DNA from: the human T2T-CHM13v2.0 reference genome, Homo sapiens
NCBI RefSeq assembly: GCF_009914755.1
Contig: NC_060928.1
Length of the DNA stretch: 64,000 nucleotides
Direction: 5' to 3' (one strand)
Shown here piece after piece: positions 56,727 through 64,000 of this stretch (the stretch's first letter is position 1; every line of letters starts with the position of its first letter). The position numbers and the translations under genes were made by a program. A model generated the notes under the pieces. That model was not told the origin of the DNA. It made no database searches and saw only the letters and a list, made by a program, of their open reading frames with translations.

Positions 56727-57812
56727 AGGCATGGGCAAAGTCTTAATGACTGAAACACCAAAAGCAATGGCAACCAAAGCCAAAATAGACAAATGGATCT
56801 AATTAAACTAAAGAGCTTCTGCACAGCAAAAGAAACAATTATCAGAGTGACCAGGCAACCTATAGAATGGGAGAAAATTTTTGCAATCTATCCATCTGAC
56901 AAAGGGCTAATATCCAGAATCTATGGAGAACTTAAACAAATTTACAAGAGAAAAAAAACCTCATCAAAAAATGGGCAAAGGATATGAACAGACACTTTTC
57001 AGAAGAAAACATTTATGCAGCCAACAAATGTGAAAAAAAGCTCATCATCACTGGTCATTAGAGAAATTCAAATCAAAACTGCAATGAGATACCATCTCAT
57101 GCCAGTTAGAATGGCAATTATTAAAAAGTCAGGAAACAACAGATGCTAAAGAGGATGTGGAGAAATAGGAATGCTTTTACACTGTTGGTGGGAGTGTAAA
57201 TTAGTTCAACTATTTTGGAAGACAGTGTGGTGATTCCTCAAGGATCTAGAACCAGAAATACCATTTGACCCAGTAATCCCATTACTTGGTATATACCCAA
57301 AGGATTATAAATCATTCTACTGTAAAGACACATGCACACATATGTTTATTGTGGCACTGTTCACAATAGCAAAGAGTTGGAACCAACCCAAATGCCCATC
57401 AATGAAAGACTGGATAAAGAAAATGAGGCACATATACACCATGGAATACAATGCAGTCACAAAAAAGGATGAGTTCATGTCCTTTGCAGGGACATGGATG
57501 AAACTGTAAACCATCATTCTCAGTAAACTAACACAAACAGAAAACCAAACACTGCATGTTCTCATTCATAAGTAGAAGTTGAACAGTGAGAACACATGGA
57601 CACAGGGAGGGGAACATCACACATGGGGACCTGTCAAGGGGTGGGGTGGTAGGGGAGGGATAGCATTCAGAGAAATACCTAATGTAGATGACGGGTTGAT
57701 GGGTGCAGCAAACCACCATGGCACATGTATACCTATGTAACAAACCTGCACATTCTGCACATGTATCTTAGAACGTAAAGTGTAATCAAAATAAATAAAT
57801 AAATAAATAAAA
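56727..57812 (+). mobile_element. L1PA7/8-like 3' fragment (~1.1 kb)
   Basis: [18 protein letters not shown]; 3' UTR GATGACGGGTTGATGGGTGCAGCAAACCACCATGGC; (TAAA)n tail. Confidence 0.9.
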
Positions 57813-60800
57813 GCAAGATTTTTTTCTGGATTTTATACTATCTAGAGGGACAAGCATATCATGTCACTTAAAAACTGATGGATGTTCTTGATTCCTTAAT
57901 ACCTACTTGGTCAAAGCCTAGTTACTCTTCAACCCCATACCATGACATAAGCACACACATACACAAGCACACAACTTAGAATATCCAGTATCACATTACT
58001 GCTACATTTTAAAATGCAGGATATTAAGGAACAACAAAAACTAAAAGACAATCTTTTGGAAATCATTCAATTTAGATTTAGAAAGTTAATATAAGCATGA
58101 ATGGTTTCTTGCCAGAGAAGCAATCCTATTAAGTATTATTTTCAAGGCCCACAAGTTCTATTGTCACTTTATTATGAGGATGCCTGGAATGGTCCAGTGA
58201 CAGATAGACACTGTGGCTCGAATGCTTTTCTCTGCATATGAGTAATGTTTGTATGCTTGTAGTACCTTACAATGTGGAGATGATATTTAATAAATACTTT
58301 TTAAATTGCATAGAATAAAGTCAATTTACGACAAAAACCATTTATAGATGATGAAGTTCATTTGAGAAAGGCTAAATAGGACTGACAAATTAGGATCGAA
58401 TTCAAAACCACATCATTTGTCAACATTTCGTCATGTAAATGTCCATGTCTTTTTTTGTTCAAAAATAGTATCTTCACAATAAACTGCTGGAGATTCAGAC
58501 TTTGAAGAAAAAAAAAATAGAAATCTGTCAGTTTTTTGACAATGTTACAAGAAAATCTGTCAGCTTTGTGTTGCTATGGCTATTTTTGCCCTTTGTGGTT
58601 CTTTTGTTTTTATCTTTAGGTGCATCACAGAAAATGAAAATTAAGAAAATGTGTTACTACTTGGTCTGAAACTGTTGAGCAGGAAGAAAAAAACAAATAA
58701 ATAAAAAATAGAGTAAAATAAAATGGCTTTGGAAGGAGAGCAAACCAGGGTCAGCTCCTGCAGAAGAAAGAAAGGAAAGCTTAGGGAATACAGCAGCCTG
58801 AGAAGGAACCCTAGGCTTGTCATTTGAAAGGCCTGCGGAAGGTTTTCCCATAACTACCTGGGAAAACAGAATAGCATATATACACATTGTTCAAACACTG
58901 TGTACTGACTATCAAATACATATTTAAGAAAATGTTCTTACCAAAACATTAATTTCAGCAAAAGTCTGCAAGATCGAGATCCTCCTAAGAAGCTTGACAT
59001 AGTAACATTTTCACAGTTTTCACTTGCAAATCATTGCATAGTAACATAAGCTAAATTTAAGCCTCTTTGTTACAGATAGAAGTTGCTATGCATAATCTTC
59101 TTATTTTCTTTGTATTCTTTTAAGTATAATAATGATAATAATAAAATAATTTCTATTTATTTGTTGAGAAACAAAACAATAATTAAAATGGTTTAAACAA
59201 TATGTTAGATATATAAATTATTAAAGGTAAACTAATGATGCAATTATCAATTAACTCATTACAACTTCAGTAAAAATTTAAGCAGAAAACTCAATCATAT
59301 ACCACAAAAAAACCGAGACACACAAAATAAAAAAGAAACAATGCAAGAATTGTCATTGTACATTTTCATTTCTAAAGAGAATTACACCGTAGACATAAAA
59401 GAAAGAATGTGAAAGGGAAAACCGAGATTGTTTAAAGTAGATAAACACAATTTTGTTTCACTGAATATATTCCTCTGAATTTTTCTTCTAAAAGTATCAT
59501 CCTTAGTTAAGTTACCTTTGTTATCACTATATTGCATGTATCCCAGTAGAGATCCATGTAACACATTTGGACTGTAAGTCATCTGCATATGCACATACAA
59601 ACAACATAGACACATGTGCACATTTGAACCTGTTTTTTAACCCATTACTTTCTTAGACTATTTGCTCAAAGAACTTTTGTTTTGATACTTGTTAATATGC
59701 CACATAAAAGATTACCAGTTTCTCAGACTTGTGTATGTGTTCAGAGTACATATCTGTATCAATTATAATAATAAAATAGTCTGTGTTCTGTATTTAATAA
59801 TAAAGTATTTAATACTAGTGAATTTAAAGTCATTATTTTGTCATGTATTGAATATTTTGTTAAGTTGATACATGTAAAAATCTACTAAAATATTATGAGG
59901 CAGAATACAGTGCCCTATGTCTGATAAACATATACAAGAAAGATAAGGGCAGGAAAAAATTTTACAGCTCCCTTTTGAAAACACCTGAAGAAGGGATAAT
60001 ATTTGTTGATAAAATAGAAAAAAAAGTAAATAATTCTAAAGTTAGCAAAATGGAACATTTAAATGTGGTAGCACTTGACCAGGACAAATATGGAATATGA
60101 GACTGGTGCTGTAAAATATATGATAGTCAATAGGCTCTTAAGAGCTACTGTACCCCTCCCTATACCTAGCCCCGTTCCCAACCATGAAGACTTACATTTA
60201 GATACGTTTCCCTTGAAATGAGGAGGCATTTGGGAACCACAGTTACTCATACTACCCTTGTTTTTAATATTTCAAATTGCTTATTTACTGGTCTGATAGA
60301 AAATCAAATAAAAATCTTTAAATTGAGATTTCTCTGTGTGGTATGACCTGGCTTATATGGTAGAGTTAGCAGGGCTGGTAAGAATGGGTTTGTGAATAAG
60401 TAGGGTCAAGTATAATATCTCACCTCTTATTTATAGGAGGTGACTGATGGCACCCCATGTCCTCTTTTGCATTTGGACTTTGTTTCCCAGGAAAGGGGGA
60501 GGGTTCCTATGGGGGCTAGATAACCCTACATCAGACTTGGGCTACGTACATGATACCTGATGATTTGTATTAAGAAAAGCTGAGATTATTATCCTAGGAT
60601 TCTCACGGAAGTCCGGGTTTTGAGAAGTGGTACCAATTTTATATCTCTGTTGGAGATTAGACAGCAAATAGTAGGCCAGATCCTGAATGCCTGCACTAAT
60701 TGAAACTCTTGGCACACATGTCTTTAGCTGGGCATATTGCCCTCAAAGAGGCAATGGAAATGATAGGACATTAGCGGCAAGGCCTGGTTATACATACTAT

Positions 60801-60839
60801 GACAACAGACTGAAGTGCCTGTGGTATTAGGCTACTTGA

Positions 60840-61315
60840 TGTGGAAGGCAGGATAATGCCTCCCAGAGATGTCTACATCCTAATCCCTGGAATCTGAATA
60901 TGTTAGATTACATAGAAATGAGAATTAAGGTTGCAGATATAATTAGTGTTGCTGATCAGCTGATTTTAGGAGAAAGAGATTATCCTGAATTATCCAGGTA
61001 GGCCCAATGTAATCACAGGATCCTTTAATCTGAAAAAGGGAGGTAGAAGAGTCCGAGATGGAGTGATGTAATGTCATGTGAGAAAGACACAGGCCTCTGA
61101 GGGCTCTGAAGTTGGGAAGTGCCAAGAGCCATGCAATGTCGGTAACTTTTAGAAGCTGCAGAAAGAAACACACCCCTGCTAACACCTTCATCTTAGCCCA
61201 GTGAGAAACATTTGAATTTCCTAACTACAGAATTGTAAGCAAATAATTTGGAGTTTTTTGCAGCCACTAAGTAGTGATTTAGTAATTTGTTACAGCAGCT
61301 ATAGAAAGCTAATAT
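60840..61315 (+). mobile_element. MLT1D solo LTR (MaLR)
   Basis: GGAGAAAGAGATTATCCTGAATTATCCAGGTAGGCCCAATGTAATCACA...AATTTGTTACAGCAGC. Confidence 0.82.
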
Positions 61316-62461
61316 TTCCCTATAGTAAAGGCTTGGGTGAGTCAAACAGAGCATTGAATTCTCATGTACATGATGGGAACCCTTTGTAATTAAAAGCACC
61401 TCTAACTCCATCGAAATATGAGTATTGAAGCACTGGCTAGAATATTAGAACATTTCAAATATAATAAAGACACTAAATAGAGGGGAGAAAACCGGCATCA
61501 AACTATACATAATCTCTATATATTTTTTCATTCTAAAGGTGAATATCAGAGGATCTGCTAGTTTGTTCTTTTCTGTCCTGTCCATTGGAGTGATTGAATC
61601 TGAGCACACTGCAAATATTGCTGAAATTCAAATCCCTTATTCCGCTGGCTATGCTTTAAATGAATCTTCTCATTTTCCGGCTTGCCAAGTGGGAAAGGGA
61701 GCTAAGGGGAATATAATATAATCAAGGTATGTAGGAGGGATATTCAGGACCTCTTTGGGCTCCCCTAAGAAAAGTTGTAATACCTTCGAGTATATATGCC
61801 ACAGTTTATCAGGGGAAAACCTCTGGTTTATTAAGGGTCCTTCATAGAATAAACGGGCTCACTATGGAGTATCATTCACCATATCCCTAAATATAGCACA
61901 CACTGAATTCCACTGGTAACATATTTTCAATACAAGCAATAAGACTGAGTGAGCATGTAATGCCCACTGACTCCGCCATCCTCCCTGGATATAACCTCTT
62001 TGAGGCCATTGACTATGTCTTCCATTTCTTTGAATGAGTATATACTTATCCAAGACACTACACGCTGAAAATATTCAATGATAATTTTATGATTTTTTAG
62101 CTGCTCAGTATCCAGCAGAATTACTTAAAGAATAGGTGTTCTAAGGTCTAAATGTTTATTTGAATTTGTAACATAGGAAGGCACAATGTTGCTTTTTAAA
62201 GTGTTTTTTATACCCACATCTTAAATTTATGGATGAGAATTGTTCTACTTATAAGGAAAGACTTCTTCTTCATGGCAATATGATAGATGAGACTAAGATC
62301 TGCTGGGATTCTGAATTTTGCAGAGACTAATAATAGACGACAGATTAAGAATAATTGACAGTGTCATCTTGAAGTGTTATAATAACACAAGAAAGGGCTT
62401 CGAGAGACAGCTGGAAGAGAAGGCAAGATACTGTCAGAGGGAAGTAAGTGCTTTTGTAGGC

Positions 62462-62591
62462 ATTAGGCTTCAAATCTAGCTTTAATAAGCTTTCAATGCT
62501 TGAGTTGAGTAGAAAATATTTTTCATATTTTTCATGTTTTATATTCAACTCAAGCATTGGAAGCTTATTAAAGCTAGATTTGAAACCTAAT
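62462..62591. repeat. Near-perfect inverted repeat (50-bp arms, 3 mismatches, 30-nt spacer)
   Basis: 62462-62511 ATTAGGCTTCAAATCTAGCTTTAATAAGCTTTCAATGCTTGAGTTGAGTA versus the reverse complement of 62542-62591. Confidence 0.95.
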
Positions 62592-64000
62592 TAGATTTTC
62601 AAAACAAACAGTTTTCATAGTAGGCTTTTCCCACTTTCTCACATCACAAACCACATAATATGCTTTAATACAATTCAGGAGAATGGGTAGTTTATATTTA
62701 GACGATGGCTAAAAGAGATCAGTAATCAATCGATATGTTATATAGTTATCACAAGCTTGTAAGTTAGTGACATGTATATGTTAAATTTAGGCACGGATTG
62801 AGCTAGAGCCAAATACTTAATAAAGAAATTAAAATGTCTATGCCCCTCTTATTTTTACCTATTAGTTTGAAACACCTTATAAAACAATAAATGGCATATT
62901 CTAATTAGCATGCCTTATAATGAGTTGGAGAAGTGTTAATTAGCTTAATTCCATTAGCTTTTAAATACAAAGCAATAATGTAAAAATGCGTGTTATTTGA
63001 AATTTGGAGATTAAACATAATAAAATTATGGTTTATATAAAGGATAGGTATGCCAGGAAGAAAAATAATCTAGGTACTTCATAAGAATTTCACCGAATTA
63101 AGTTACATAGATATCTGTTATAGAAATATACACTGAATTGTGGGCTCTAATTACTAAAATTTAGCCCTAGCCTCACTCTTCCCTAGCTATGTGAATCCGA
63201 AATTTTATCCTCTTTTAACCTGTTTCAGTCTTACTTTAAGGATTAAATGAAACAGTATATGTCAAAATATCTTATATATTATAAACACTATACAGTTTGT
63301 ACTACAGAGGATCAGCTATCCACAAAGATTCATTTTCTTACTGGCATATATATAATTGTTTGCCCTTAGCAAGGCATAACATCTCTTTGTCTCTTATGTA
63401 TGGAGAATCTAGTTCTCAACAAAGATGTGTATAGGTAAACTATGTAACATTTCCAAGTCTTAGGTCTTATAAAACAAGTGCCTTTTGTATGATTTCTTTG
63501 TCTCTCTACTTGCTGAAGACAGAGCATTTGGGAGATCTGAATGAGTCTGGGTCCCTGAGTAATTCAATAGAAAGATATATTCCAGTCACTATCATCTTCA
63601 TGGACCTTATTATGAGCAAGAAATGAGTAATAGTGCTAATAATATTAATAATTAATATAATTAATAAATAATACTAATAATTATTAATGTTAAAATAGTC
63701 AAAATATTTGTTGTTATATAATATAGTATTGTTACAGAATCAAATAAATTTATCCAGGTATTTTTATTTATACTTTTTGTAGCTACATATTACCACATTT
63801 ATTTGTATTAAGCATATATATTCTTTGAAGTGCTTTTGTGATAAAGAGATGCCAAGATTTTTATACATCACATAAAGAATAATTTTAAAAAATTATTATA
63901 CATTTTAATTTTATAATCTTTGAAATAAAGATGTTTGGAAGTATAAAGGAATATATTTCAAATGACTGAGGCTTTAGAAGTGAATGAGTATAAATACAGT

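Noticed and set aside
60330-60830. Higher-GC segment that may be an ancient LTR (also 42690-43300, 44230-44560, 61740-62060)
   Set aside because: I cannot assign a family or boundaries by eye; a Dfam search is needed.

Overview
This is AT-rich, repeat-dominated primate (human or ape-like) nuclear DNA, intergenic or deep intronic. I see no intact protein-coding gene; almost all listed ORFs are fragments of L1, Alu or LTR elements. Contents: (1) Two processed pseudogenes with poly(A) tails and TSDs, UQCRQ (+, ~7.0-7.5 kb) and RPS2 (-, ~14.9-15.9 kb). (2) Several L1 generations (L1MA, L1MC, L1PB, L1PA), two of them with twin-priming 5' inversions. (3) An internally deleted Tigger1. (4) A solo ERV9/LTR12. 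(5) Two full-length THE1 MaLR proviruses, one fused to an MLT2A/HERVL 5' fragment. (6) Other MaLR/ERVL LTRs, four Alus, MIR/L2 relics and simple repeats. No convincing novel system is evident. The most unexplained structures are a ~130-nt near-perfect hairpin at 62.46-62.59 kb and a perfect 103-bp AT-rich palindrome at 19.69-19.79 kb. Also notable are a UQCRQ retrocopy that seems to keep ancestral residues and several LTRs with DUX4-type motifs upstream of candidate non-coding exons. Subfamily names come from recalled consensus sequences, not from a search.
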